Assembly: GCA_001791745.1 (NCBI GenBank)
Contig: MGFG01000010.1
Span: forward strand, 3,351-67,350
Direction: 5' to 3'
Origin: Candidatus Uhrbacteria bacterium RIFOXYC2_FULL_47_19
Lineage (GTDB): Bacteria; Patescibacteriota; Patescibacteriia; SG8-24
DNA: 64,000 nucleotides
A program made the position numbers and the translations under genes. The notes beneath the pieces are model-generated. The model searched no databases and was not told the DNA's origin. It was given only the letters and a program-made list of their open reading frames with translations. Positions 38,147 to 48,764 of the stretch are shown here, one piece after another (within the stretch, counting starts at the first letter, position 1; each line of letters opens with the position of its first letter).

Positions 38147-38671
38147 TTATCTTTCCATGCCCAAACCAGAGAAGGCCTCCTCATTACCATCCTCGTCAGT
38201 ACCTCGCACCCTAAAAGAGTAGTTACCATCACTCAAACCGACGACTAGTAGACGATGGTCGGTAAGTAACTGAGAGTCTGAGACTGAACCTAATTCGTAA
38301 CTCTCACTGATGCCATAATCGACACCTGAAGTCATAGGCTTGGACGTTTTCCAAGTAACCTCGACCTGACTATCGGATAAATTAGTCAGATAGATATCGC
38401 TAAACGAGCCAAAATCGACACAGTCTGACCAACAAATATCAACCGATTCGGATTCGACACAAATTCCATCGCCGCAAATCGCCCTGTTTCCCTTTGCTGG
38501 TTCACCATTACCAGCCTCGGTATCTTCATTAATAATCGCAATCTGACCAGTGGTCTGACCCTGAGTATTGGTAGCTGATTGTCGATTACGCAAAACAGCA
38601 AACACAGCCATACCAATAGCCAAAATTACCGCTGCACCTAACACCACCAAAATTAGATTCTTATTATTCAT
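38147..38671 (-). CDS. paralogous small membrane-anchored protein (Cys module + fibronectin-III-like domain)
   Basis: TM at the N-terminus, [19 protein letters not shown], then a beta-rich ~90 aa domain. Confidence 0.45.
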   Translation of the reverse strand: MNNKNLILVVLGAAVILAIGMAVFAVLRNRQSATNTQGQTTGQIAIINEDTEAGNGEPAKGNRAICGDGICVESESVDICWSDCVDFGSFSDIYLTNLSDSQVEVTWKTSKPMTSGVDYGISESYELGSVSDSQLLTDHRLLVVGLSDGNYSFRVRGTDEDGNEEAFSGLGMER

Positions 38672-38677
38672 AAGTGA

Positions 38678-41600
38678 TTAAGATGCTCCGCAAATGTACT
38701 GAAATATACTTTCGTACAAAGCATTGCTATTTAGCCCTGGCGTCGCATCTTCAACAACAGCTCCATGCTCGTCCAAATCAAAACTGATATACCTCTGTTC
38801 AGCCGTCAGCTGCGATCCGGTTCCGTCGTCAGTGGACGGAAGAGCAGGTAACCACAAAGGCTTGTAATCATTCTTACTAATAACGAACATCTCAACATAT
38901 CCACCATCAGAGCATCCTGTCAGAGTGCAATGTTTGGCTGCAGCAGTTACATCATCAAGTTGGATGGAGGCCAACAGGTCTTCAGGTGCACCGTATGTTC
39001 CAATTGGAGGTGGTTCATCACTAACGATTACCACATACGGCTGAGCATCATCTCGCCAGGCAATATCGTAATCCCATTCTCTTTCAATTCGCGGATCACA
39101 ACCGTCTTCCGGACTACAACTAACCATACCCGGTCTCATAAGAGCATAGGCTGCAGCATAAAGTGGTTCTTTTCCGCCTTTATCAATCTCACATCGAGTG
39201 GTCCGACGATCTGGAGTCCAACAATTGTCACGTGTTCCTTCCAGGTGACTATTAAAGTCACCCACACTACCTAACTGAAAGAACATATATTCATCCATCC
39301 TATCACCACCATCACTATAAGACTTCATCATGTTGAGTGTCTTCACCTCTGGCTGTCCTACCGTCACGTAACCAAACCGAAGATCTCTTCCTCTCTCACC
39401 ACTGAATCTAGCAACAAAATGGTTCAAGGATTCGATTAAAGAATCGATAATGCTATTCATTGATCCGGTTACATCAATAACGAACACCATGTCAATCTTC
39501 CGGTGTAGGTATGGGGGTAAATCATCGAAATCACCGTTACAGTTACCGTCGTCTTCGCAAAGCTGCTCACCAACCGGAACCACTAAAGTAGTCCCTGGAA
39601 TTCGATACTCTGGTCTAATTGATGGATCCAAACTACCACAATCCAGTTCATCTGGTACTCCATCATTATCATCGTCCGGATCACACTCATTCGGTAGCCA
39701 AGTTAGTGGAGTCTCCGCTAAACCGTCGGTTGCCCAATGTTGCCGGTCCAAACAAAACTCAAAAAGTGATCTGGGTGCACTGCCTGGCCGTCGATCTCCG
39801 ATTGGCGGAGCCTCACGCAAAACATCATAACTCACCATTTCACAAGACTCCCTGTTTTCGCTAGAGCTCCACAATATATCAAAATTACTAGAGGCGACAT
39901 AGTGACACAACTCAGAATCACGGTCAGCACAAGAATAATTACAACCACTCAATGAGCAAATACCATAACCGGTCTGTACGCCAAAACTCCTATCTTTGGG
40001 TCGAGTACTAACACAGACCCAACCATCACCAATAGGCGCACCGTGTGTGTCGCATTGTTCCGGACCAGGAGGCGACGAAGTTGCATTCTGCCTTTCACCA
40101 TCACCACAGTAGCCACCTGAAACCGTACCTAGTCGACAAGCCGAAGTGCAGTAATTACAAGTATGCCCGTACTCGGGTACGCAAGGCTCATTGTTTCTTT
40201 CACTACTATCACACATCTCTCCACCGGCTGCATTCACAAAACCATCACCACAAATATTGTTAACACAAGCACTGGTGCATGCGTCATTGTCTTCATCATT
40301 ACCATCATCACACTGCTCACCGGTCTCAGTCACACCGTTACCACAACGACCTGGGGCGGTACAGGACCAAGCACTCCAATTACAAGATTGATTAGGTGCT
40401 CCATCTCTATCATCCTCAATAGACGCCACATTGTTAGGATTGCAAGCTCGGTGGAACCTCTGCTCGACGGTTGGGCAGGTCACACAACGCTCCCCACCAG
40501 CCAGATTACAATCCGCATCTGCTGAACAAGTCCGACCTGATGGATGCAGCGGATCGACATCGACCGGTCGTCGACAGACACCACGACTCTCCTCGGAACC
40601 ACCATCACATTGCTCTGCACCGTTAACAATGCCATCACCACAATGTGGAGCCGAACCACGACAATCCCAGGAACAGGTAGCAAAATTAGCCCCAGTACGA
40701 TCTTCCCCAACTCCACAACCTCTGATCCCACCCGACGAAGCAATAACTGCATTAATTGCATAACGTCCATTCAAATCACGACAATCACATAGCTCACTAG
40801 GATGAGGCGCGCCATCGCCGCAAAAGAAGGTCGAACCACTACAAATACCATTACAATGTCCGTATGTACCATTGAGCGGCCCATCATCACAAATCTCAGC
40901 CCCTTGCCTTCGTCCATCACCACAGTAACCAATTCGACAGGTTCCGGGGACAACCTCCCAACCACGACAGTCTGCTGTACAAGCCTGTTCGACTGTCCCT
41001 CCTACACAAACACCATCAGCACCAGGTTCGGTCCGAAGATCCCCTAATTCACAAACCTCACCTGGATTGATAATACCGTTGCCACAACCAACTTCCTCAC
41101 TTTCCGACTCTCCGATACACATATCGGCGCCAGCATTTACTCCATAAGCTCGGAATCTAACAGTCTCGTAATTACAGCTTCCAGCTGGCGGAACACCATT
41201 CCAAACACAGCCAGGTGTTCTCCCACAAATTTCGCTTTCTCTTATCTCAATGCAAGTTGAGCCGATCCACCCTCCACCAACATATTCCATGTCCACAGAT
41301 AGATCAGCTTGACCAGCCAAAATCTGATATCGATAAATACTGGATCTAGCCCCACAACTAAACTGCCGACTAACCGAATTCCAACAAGTTTCCCGATCAA
41401 AACCATCATCAGGACAAGAAGTCAAAATATTTAGTGGATCAGACGGTATAGTTCGACCAACTGCTGAGGATAGTACATCGCCCCAGGATGGCCAGATACT
41501 ATAGGTTCTTGAACGTATATAAGTCCCTTCTCCTAGGGTTGGCAATGGACGATTGGCCATGAGTAGCGACCTCATTGTATGAAGGTCTGACCAACGACGT

Positions 41601-44600
41601 ACATCACGAACAAGCTTTGACTTAGAAACATTGCAAGTATCGTCGACACCACAATCACTATCACTGGAGCAAGTGATTGCTCTACCATCTACATCGAGTA
41701 CCGCCCGACCTTCATGTAGACAAATGAAAGTATCAACCAACTCAGGTTGCCGATTAAAATCAATGCGATCCATTAGTTGGTTAAAGACTGTAATAGTCTC
41801 AGGAGCTGCACCATCACTGAAGGAAAACACATTAATAATGGTTTCCAATTGTCTACCATCGCTCATCTTAGCTGAGTTAGCATAGACAGTCCGACCTTCT
41901 TTCAAAGCATCGTAACCATCAACACTAAACGGAGCTGGAGCACCAGTGAATCCACGATCGCGATACCAATCAATTACACCTAGATGCTTTGGATTTTTCA
42001 TTACCCGAAAGCCGATAGCGTCGTTACGCCAGGCATCATCTGCCCCGGCACCAGCAAAAGTAAAGAGGTATTCATGCTCGATATCTCCACCTGGAGAAAC
42101 TAAGACGAAATCATCATTAATAGCTGGTAGCAGATCGTCACCATCACCACCCGAAGAGTCACGACAATAGTAAAAGCTGGCCTTAGTTGCTGGATCAACG
42201 AATGGGTACCAGAACTTTTCAACTCCAGCCGTACAATCTTCACCATGAAGCGGATTAAGTATATTATCGGGATCCCAAGGTAGATGTAACCTCCCATCAT
42301 CACCACAAATCTGAACTTCCGGCCAGATGACGTCACAAAGTGCGACCGTAACTTTTGAATTACCCGGGAGTACGAACCCACCAGGTATGGGCAAGCGAGT
42401 ATGATCGTCAAGTAACGGCAAAAGGGAAGTAGATCCGTCAGGATTGACGGTGACTGCATTGACCAACACATCAACTACGCCGTCCTGCGGCACATACCCG
42501 ACCGGATCATCAGAAGTCTCACGCCCTCTAACTCTAACTGTCGCTTGTTCACTCTGTCGTCCTCCGACAGTAATTGGATTCAGTACGGCCGGAGAAACAT
42601 GCGGTGGACGTTCGGAAAGCGGTAACCATTCCCATGACCATGAGTACTCCCTAGTTGGGACAATCAAACTAACAGCCTCTCCGTCGAGGCGAATACCACG
42701 GTCGCTGGATACACCACGAGCCACAAGTGGCTTATCAAGAGTTTGCACATGGTTCAACAAAACCTCCGCAGGACTGACGATTACCTGATCAATGGCGCAG
42801 ATCAGGTCACCTGTGGTGAATTCTGCGGTCAGGCCAGCTGGGGCGACTCTTACTCCACCAACTGTCCTGGCATCCGGCTGAACTCTAACCCTGACCCGAG
42901 TACCTGCAGGAAGAGCGTGGTCCAACTTAAACTCAACTTCGGTCCTACCTTCCTCTGTCAGTCTAACGGTTATATCTCCAGTGACCGAACAGAAATGAGT
43001 ATGTGGAACCCCGATAGCATGTCCCAAAACAGGTCGACCAAATAGATCACTGAAAAATGCGGCAACAGTTGACCAAGCTCTGTGCAGTAGACCAACACGG
43101 CCGGCAGCCATTATTCCCAACGGAGCCGGAGGAAAAGGTGGAACTTCAATCACTCCACTTTCATCCGGAAGACCATCCAAACCCACCGGACAACCAACTG
43201 CTCCACTATCGACTCCGATCAATAAATTCTGAGTAATTGAAGTCGAATTCATGGGCTGATCAAATCCCAAGTGGATGGCAGTATTACGACAAATACCAAC
43301 TGAACCCTCAGCTGGATAGGTCAGCTCACCATGTGGCCTTGGTGCACAACAACCCGAATCAGCGCAGGCCAGACCAGCCAGTGGTCGTAGTCCGGCCGGC
43401 ACTCCGGCCAGCAATCCCGAGCAATACTCATCTGGATTAACCTGAGAACTGCAATTACAAGACAAAGTAACACGTGAAGTACCCCTCGATCTCTCCGGTA
43501 GTCGATCAATCGACGTATGAACTACACTCGTGGTTGCTACACCAACGGTCTCGTCGTAATCTCCAGCAACTGTAATTTGCCGCTTATCAATTCTTTCATC
43601 AGGCTCAACCTCATCGTTATCGCAGAAAGGATGCTCGCCCGGTCCACTAAATCCATCTCCGCAGAAAGAAGTGGTGCGATAAAAAGCCGATGAACCTTCA
43701 AACAGGCAACGACTACTGCAGCCGTCACCATTATCTGTGTTGTTGTCATCGCACTCCTCGCCGGGATCCAAAATATTGTTACTGCAGTCAGCGGGTAAAA
43801 CTGAGCCAGTCTTAGTACAAGAATGCAGATCACAACCCAACGCAACACCACCAGCTAGATCACAATCAGGATCCTCACCTGGTTCTATCCGAGCGTTACC
43901 GCACTGACTAACACAGGGTTCATCTTCTGGTGTAGCAATAGTGCAAATCGGCAAGGTTCCTTCATTAAGACAATCTGCACTGCAACCATCACCATCACGG
44001 CGGTTACCATCCTCGCAGGCTTCACCATCACCCAAGAACCCATCGCCACAAACAGACCTTCCAGCAGTAGATCCTAAGAAAATACAGCCAATACCGTTAA
44101 GCTCTGGCCGATCCTCAATATTGATATTCGGATCCTTGCAGCCCAACAGGAAGACAGAGATACCTTCAGCATCAGGCAGGGCTTCACACATTTCACCCGG
44201 ATCAAACAAGCCGTTACCACAATTCGGTGGAGCTGAGCCTTCCGCAAGACAGGATGGACTACAACCGTCATCCGGTCGAAGACCTCCATCATCACAATCT
44301 TCTCCACGCTCAGCTCGATCTCTGGCTGGACGCGGATCATCCGGATCGGTATTTCCGCACTGTGAAACCACATCAGTCGAACCTATCAATAGACACTGAC
44401 TATCACAGCCGCGTCTCGGTACAGGATTAGTGTCGACTCTGACGTCCATCCCAGTTTCAGAACCGACTTCCCTAGCCCTAATAAAACCAGTTAACACAGG
44501 ATTCGGATCGATTGACCAATCCCAATCATAACCCCAAGCATCAAGTTCCTGACCGTCAGGACTACACTCGTCGGCCGGTCCATACGCTCCGACATTGAGC

Positions 44601-47600
44601 CCAAGCCTCTCACTTACGTAACGTAAGGTAGCACTAGGTGGTATGATCTCTGCTCGAGAAATCTCACAAACACTACCATCAGTTTTAGTCCTAAACTTCC
44701 ACTCATAAAAACCAGGTACATTAAGTCCAGTGAGCGGTACATCACTAGTAGACAGGACCCCATCTGCTCCACCTCTGATTCTAACTTTATAAAAGGTGTT
44801 TGGTAGTAACATGAGACCTGGACCCAACACGATCCTAGCCTGCAAAGCCGCATCTGGATCGCCGGGTGGAAGCACACGAGCACCATCATCTCTAATCGAC
44901 TCAACCGAAAAACCTATTGGTATGTAAGGCGGGTTACATGACGCATTACGACACTGGAAAAATTCCACGTTGCCAGCAAAGGATCGTGCACTCATTGGTA
45001 TATTGAAAACCGCACCAATTTTTGCGTTAACACAAGCCTCGGTACAACCCTCGGTTGGCATGGTTCGTACCACCCGCGGATCAGCAAAAGCCACCGATAC
45101 CATCGAGATACCTCGACGCTCCAATAACTCGCCAGCTGGTCGCAGAGATGCGATTAACCTCTCTGGTGCATCGACTGGAGTCTCCAGTCGTCCGGTAGTC
45201 ATTTGTCGACAACCCACACCCCCGTCGCCAAGCAAACTGATAAAAACACCTGGATCGCTTGACCACCTCAAGTCAAAACCGACACGTCTAACGCATTGTA
45301 ATCGATTACAGTTGGCAATTCTCATCAAAGCAGCATTGAAACCATTAGTCGGATCTGCTGATGGACCTTGATGAGAGATCGTATAACGTGATGGCAAAAC
45401 CATTACATTATCAGCTGCACAAGCTGCACGATCAGCTCTTGTCTTGAATGTCCAAACGAAATTACCACCAGCTCGTCGATCATAGTCGCCGTCCAAATAT
45501 CGACCAGTTGCGTCTATAATACCGACTTCAGTGACCGGATCAGAAACTAAAGTAATTCGATACCAAGTATTAGGCTTAAAGTAACCAGTGAACGGTTCAT
45601 CTTCAGCATCATCAGGATCATCTGGTGGATAGGCTAGACTCGGGTGTATAGAAAGTATCGTCGCGGCTCCATCTGCTGTCAGATCCGTTTCGACTGGACG
45701 AGCAATCGGCACGAAACTAGGTTCTTTAGGACAGTCGATATCGCGACCACTACCGCATTCTTCAATAAGTAACGATTCCGGATCATTCAGTGAATCTATA
45801 TTCATTAATAAACTAAACTCCACGGCAGCCAAAGCATTACGACAAGCATCAGTTGCTCGTTGTTGCGGTGTGGGGCTCTGAATAGTGCCGGCCTCAAGAC
45901 TACAAGAAGCACGCTGCACAACTATAGGCAACGTTGGTAAAACGTCAGTGCTAAAAATCCAACCAAACTTACTATCTCGAGCTTCTGGTTCACAGGATTC
46001 ACGACATGAACCATTGGCACAACAAGTCGTCCCCTCTTCACAAATCCCATCGTCATTACAATCGCCAACCTTAAACGGAATCGGATTACGAGTAGCCACA
46101 TTACGAGCCACGGCAAAAACTGGACCAGAATTTGGCCAAGTATTTCTATCAGCGGGATTACCAGGGATCGCCGATCTAATAGAAGTCCTGGTCCAACCTA
46201 GATAGGCTGCTCCTGGTTTGGTGACCAAACCGTCCATCAAACCAGGAGCAGCTGCCGCTCCAGAAACGTAAAAACGAAGTGAATTTTCTGGTTGACGAGC
46301 ATCAAATCCGGCAAAACCGGGAGTATCAATATTGGCCGGACCTGGACCAAAACCTTCGCCTGATACTGTTACTGGTATACCCGGCTTACCATTATTAGGT
46401 GTAATCGAGCACATACCAGGCGCTATTGGACTGTCATCAACTAAGAAATCGACTCGATTGCTAACTTGAGCTGGAGCAGCTGTTTCGACCTCAATCCGGT
46501 GGAGTATACGAGAGACTGGTAAATCTCCAATATAATTTTCTGGCACTTTCACAACGATGTAATTGTCGTGCCAGTTATCGTCGCAGATCGGATCCACGGC
46601 AATAGCTGTATCAACTCCATCTGGTGATGAGATAAACCTCACTAATCCCTTACGTCGTCCAAAGCCACTACCACGCAAAGTAATATAAGAGTCGACTGGA
46701 CCAGAAGATGGAAGTATTTCAATGATTCGCGGTCCAACATCATCATCACGACGACGCAAGGTAAAATCGAGTTGATTAGTCGTAATGCCATCCAGACCAC
46801 CAACCATCACTGAAACCTGATAGACACCCTCAGGTAGAACTGCTGGAACAACGGCAGAAACAGCCGAGGCTGTCCAACCCCCACCAGTCACATCAGCGTT
46901 CACTCCACCCATTCTAATTAAGCTAGCACCCATGGCATCACCAAAACCGGCCCCATGAGCGATAAATCCATCACCAGCTGAACCGGTTGCCGGCTCCAAA
47001 TAGCAAATCCCGGGCAGAACCTCGTCATTAACAATAAAAGCACCAATCATCGGCTCAAATTCATCGTCAGTACGATCCGAAGTTCCAGAGGAAGTGACTA
47101 ATTGTAGAGGTCCTGTAACTACACCTTCTGGAATCGCAATCACCACCTCGTTGTCGGACCAGGACCAGGGTGAACAGGCAACCATTGACTTGTCATCATC
47201 ATCACCAGCCACCTCTCCATCACCATCTGTGTCACCTCCTAAGAAGATCACTTGCCCCATCGTGCCGCCAAAGAAACGCCCACTAATCGTCACCAAGGTC
47301 CCGGGTCCAGCCCTCAATGGAGAAACATCAAGTATCGTTGGTCGTTCCTTACATCGACCGGACTCTGGATCGCAAAATCCAGTAGCACAATCGGCATGAA
47401 CACGACAAGCATCGCCACCACAAGCACCACAACCGGAGTCCACTCCACAATCTATCCTCTCTTCTCCTAGCTCAGCATCCAGCTCACCATTGCAACAATG
47501 AGCAGGATTAATTCTAAACTTCTTGTCGATAGCTTCACTGGCCTGAGGTACACCATCGTAACCAACTGCAGATAAAATATGCTCACCATCAGCCAAACTC

Positions 47601-48733
47601 GAAGAATCAATGAAAACCGAATCAGATAAGAAAGGATTCTCTAAGGCAGCGTTAATAGTACTAAATAACGGCTCACCGTCAGCATCAGTTAAGTGAGCCA
47701 ACCCACCATCTAGCATAAAGTCGACTCGAGATGGTAGAAAATCATCCAAAACTCTAGCCCGAACACGGATACGATCCAAACAATAGGCCGGAGTTGAAGC
47801 TGGAGAATCAATCCTGATAGTCGGTGGCTCAACATCACGAAGATTGTTGAAAGCCATGGCCCGATCACACAAACTCGATAATGCACGCGGCGAAGAGATG
47901 TCGCCATCTGGACCCGGCGGTAGGAAAGGACAAACCAGAATCCGACCACGAACGTCAGTGACATCACCACCAAGCACTCGCACCCGATACCAGTAATCCT
48001 CTTCAAAATCAGTGGGGTGATCTCCTGGAGTATCCTTTGGTCTAAATATCACTCGATTAGCTTCAACTGTTCGATTTCCAGAAACTATGGTATCGCAAGC
48101 CCTCTCATTAAATGGAGCAGGATCTCCACCAGAGAGTCGTGAATTACATCTCTCCACTACAAAGGAAGTTCCACTAACAGTTGCTGCGGCGACCTCATGA
48201 CTAAAAGCAACAGTAATAGCGTAGTTCTTAGGCCAACCAGAATCACCAGGACCACTACCGACTGGAACCACACCAGAAACCTTAAAGCCACCAGAACCAG
48301 CTCCTGGTATACCGCAAACTTCTCCAGGTGGACAACGTCCACCTCCTGGCCCCACACCACCCTCGAGTCCGGTACCAGAGATTATCGCTCTCAAGATAAA
48401 CTGAGCAATAGCAAAGGCTGACATGATAATAATCAGACCTATGACCGCCTGAGTCATTACCCTCTTGGCACGACTGACTTGTTCTTCATTACCTTGGGCC
48501 GTCATCCAGAGAAAGCCGGCATACAAAATCAATAACACAGCCACTATGCCCAGTAACCCAAGAAAATAATTGACGATATTACCAATAATCGTCCGAATGT
48601 CGGTCGTACCCAGACCAGTCGATGTCGCATAATCCAGACCAAGATCGGTTTGCGCTAAAACCGGAAATACAAACAGAGCCACGCCAAAAACAATGGCTGC
48701 GGTAGTTGCTAATTTTTTCCGATTTATAAACAT
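38678..48733 (-). CDS. giant (3351 aa) surface protein: N-terminal TrbC/VirB2-like pilin anchor, IPT/TIG domains, many Cys-rich (Myxococcus-type CGDGx..GE.CDDGN..DGDGCS..C) repeats, C-terminal vWA domain
   Basis: A single uninterrupted 10 kb ORF. The N-terminus has two TM helices and YAGFLWMTAQGNEEQVSRAK. Several TIG-like segments (RPTILDVSPLRAGPGTLVTISGRFFGG; PRIIEILPSSGPVDSYITLRGSGFG). More than 12 Cys-rich repeats. vWA with DVTGSM (MIDAS-like) near residue ~3000. Confidence 0.7.
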   Translation of the reverse strand: MFINRKKLATTAAIVFGVALFVFPVLAQTDLGLDYATSTGLGTTDIRTIIGNIVNYFLGLLGIVAVLLILYAGFLWMTAQGNEEQVSRAKRVMTQAVIGLIIIMSAFAIAQFILRAIISGTGLEGGVGPGGGRCPPGEVCGIPGAGSGGFKVSGVVPVGSGPGDSGWPKNYAITVAFSHEVAAATVSGTSFVVERCNSRLSGGDPAPFNERACDTIVSGNRTVEANRVIFRPKDTPGDHPTDFEEDYWYRVRVLGGDVTDVRGRILVCPFLPPGPDGDISSPRALSSLCDRAMAFNNLRDVEPPTIRIDSPASTPAYCLDRIRVRARVLDDFLPSRVDFMLDGGLAHLTDADGEPLFSTINAALENPFLSDSVFIDSSSLADGEHILSAVGYDGVPQASEAIDKKFRINPAHCCNGELDAELGEERIDCGVDSGCGACGGDACRVHADCATGFCDPESGRCKERPTILDVSPLRAGPGTLVTISGRFFGGTMGQVIFLGGDTDGDGEVAGDDDDKSMVACSPWSWSDNEVVIAIPEGVVTGPLQLVTSSGTSDRTDDEFEPMIGAFIVNDEVLPGICYLEPATGSAGDGFIAHGAGFGDAMGASLIRMGGVNADVTGGGWTASAVSAVVPAVLPEGVYQVSVMVGGLDGITTNQLDFTLRRRDDDVGPRIIEILPSSGPVDSYITLRGSGFGRRKGLVRFISSPDGVDTAIAVDPICDDNWHDNYIVVKVPENYIGDLPVSRILHRIEVETAAPAQVSNRVDFLVDDSPIAPGMCSITPNNGKPGIPVTVSGEGFGPGPANIDTPGFAGFDARQPENSLRFYVSGAAAAPGLMDGLVTKPGAAYLGWTRTSIRSAIPGNPADRNTWPNSGPVFAVARNVATRNPIPFKVGDCNDDGICEEGTTCCANGSCRESCEPEARDSKFGWIFSTDVLPTLPIVVQRASCSLEAGTIQSPTPQQRATDACRNALAAVEFSLLMNIDSLNDPESLLIEECGSGRDIDCPKEPSFVPIARPVETDLTADGAATILSIHPSLAYPPDDPDDAEDEPFTGYFKPNTWYRITLVSDPVTEVGIIDATGRYLDGDYDRRAGGNFVWTFKTRADRAACAADNVMVLPSRYTISHQGPSADPTNGFNAALMRIANCNRLQCVRRVGFDLRWSSDPGVFISLLGDGGVGCRQMTTGRLETPVDAPERLIASLRPAGELLERRGISMVSVAFADPRVVRTMPTEGCTEACVNAKIGAVFNIPMSARSFAGNVEFFQCRNASCNPPYIPIGFSVESIRDDGARVLPPGDPDAALQARIVLGPGLMLLPNTFYKVRIRGGADGVLSTSDVPLTGLNVPGFYEWKFRTKTDGSVCEISRAEIIPPSATLRYVSERLGLNVGAYGPADECSPDGQELDAWGYDWDWSIDPNPVLTGFIRAREVGSETGMDVRVDTNPVPRRGCDSQCLLIGSTDVVSQCGNTDPDDPRPARDRAERGEDCDDGGLRPDDGCSPSCLAEGSAPPNCGNGLFDPGEMCEALPDAEGISVFLLGCKDPNINIEDRPELNGIGCIFLGSTAGRSVCGDGFLGDGEACEDGNRRDGDGCSADCLNEGTLPICTIATPEDEPCVSQCGNARIEPGEDPDCDLAGGVALGCDLHSCTKTGSVLPADCSNNILDPGEECDDNNTDNGDGCSSRCLFEGSSAFYRTTSFCGDGFSGPGEHPFCDNDEVEPDERIDKRQITVAGDYDETVGVATTSVVHTSIDRLPERSRGTSRVTLSCNCSSQVNPDEYCSGLLAGVPAGLRPLAGLACADSGCCAPRPHGELTYPAEGSVGICRNTAIHLGFDQPMNSTSITQNLLIGVDSGAVGCPVGLDGLPDESGVIEVPPFPPAPLGIMAAGRVGLLHRAWSTVAAFFSDLFGRPVLGHAIGVPHTHFCSVTGDITVRLTEEGRTEVEFKLDHALPAGTRVRVRVQPDARTVGGVRVAPAGLTAEFTTGDLICAIDQVIVSPAEVLLNHVQTLDKPLVARGVSSDRGIRLDGEAVSLIVPTREYSWSWEWLPLSERPPHVSPAVLNPITVGGRQSEQATVRVRGRETSDDPVGYVPQDGVVDVLVNAVTVNPDGSTSLLPLLDDHTRLPIPGGFVLPGNSKVTVALCDVIWPEVQICGDDGRLHLPWDPDNILNPLHGEDCTAGVEKFWYPFVDPATKASFYYCRDSSGGDGDDLLPAINDDFVLVSPGGDIEHEYLFTFAGAGADDAWRNDAIGFRVMKNPKHLGVIDWYRDRGFTGAPAPFSVDGYDALKEGRTVYANSAKMSDGRQLETIINVFSFSDGAAPETITVFNQLMDRIDFNRQPELVDTFICLHEGRAVLDVDGRAITCSSDSDCGVDDTCNVSKSKLVRDVRRWSDLHTMRSLLMANRPLPTLGEGTYIRSRTYSIWPSWGDVLSSAVGRTIPSDPLNILTSCPDDGFDRETCWNSVSRQFSCGARSSIYRYQILAGQADLSVDMEYVGGGWIGSTCIEIRESEICGRTPGCVWNGVPPAGSCNYETVRFRAYGVNAGADMCIGESESEEVGCGNGIINPGEVCELGDLRTEPGADGVCVGGTVEQACTADCRGWEVVPGTCRIGYCGDGRRQGAEICDDGPLNGTYGHCNGICSGSTFFCGDGAPHPSELCDCRDLNGRYAINAVIASSGGIRGCGVGEDRTGANFATCSWDCRGSAPHCGDGIVNGAEQCDGGSEESRGVCRRPVDVDPLHPSGRTCSADADCNLAGGERCVTCPTVEQRFHRACNPNNVASIEDDRDGAPNQSCNWSAWSCTAPGRCGNGVTETGEQCDDGNDEDNDACTSACVNNICGDGFVNAAGGEMCDSSERNNEPCVPEYGHTCNYCTSACRLGTVSGGYCGDGERQNATSSPPGPEQCDTHGAPIGDGWVCVSTRPKDRSFGVQTGYGICSLSGCNYSCADRDSELCHYVASSNFDILWSSSENRESCEMVSYDVLREAPPIGDRRPGSAPRSLFEFCLDRQHWATDGLAETPLTWLPNECDPDDDNDGVPDELDCGSLDPSIRPEYRIPGTTLVVPVGEQLCEDDGNCNGDFDDLPPYLHRKIDMVFVIDVTGSMNSIIDSLIESLNHFVARFSGERGRDLRFGYVTVGQPEVKTLNMMKSYSDGGDRMDEYMFFQLGSVGDFNSHLEGTRDNCWTPDRRTTRCEIDKGGKEPLYAAAYALMRPGMVSCSPEDGCDPRIEREWDYDIAWRDDAQPYVVIVSDEPPPIGTYGAPEDLLASIQLDDVTAAAKHCTLTGCSDGGYVEMFVISKNDYKPLWLPALPSTDDGTGSQLTAEQRYISFDLDEHGAVVEDATPGLNSNALYESIFQYICGAS

Positions 48734-48764
48734 GACTTGTTCTTAATCTAAGAGAGATGATCGA

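Noticed and set aside
38930-48421. Many 60-150-aa plus-strand ORFs inside the giant gene (e.g. 38930..39274, 39450..39830, 40163..40525, 43941..44399)
   Set aside because: They are antisense to one continuous 10-kb ORF with recognisable domains. Their products are Ser/Thr/Pro-rich low complexity.
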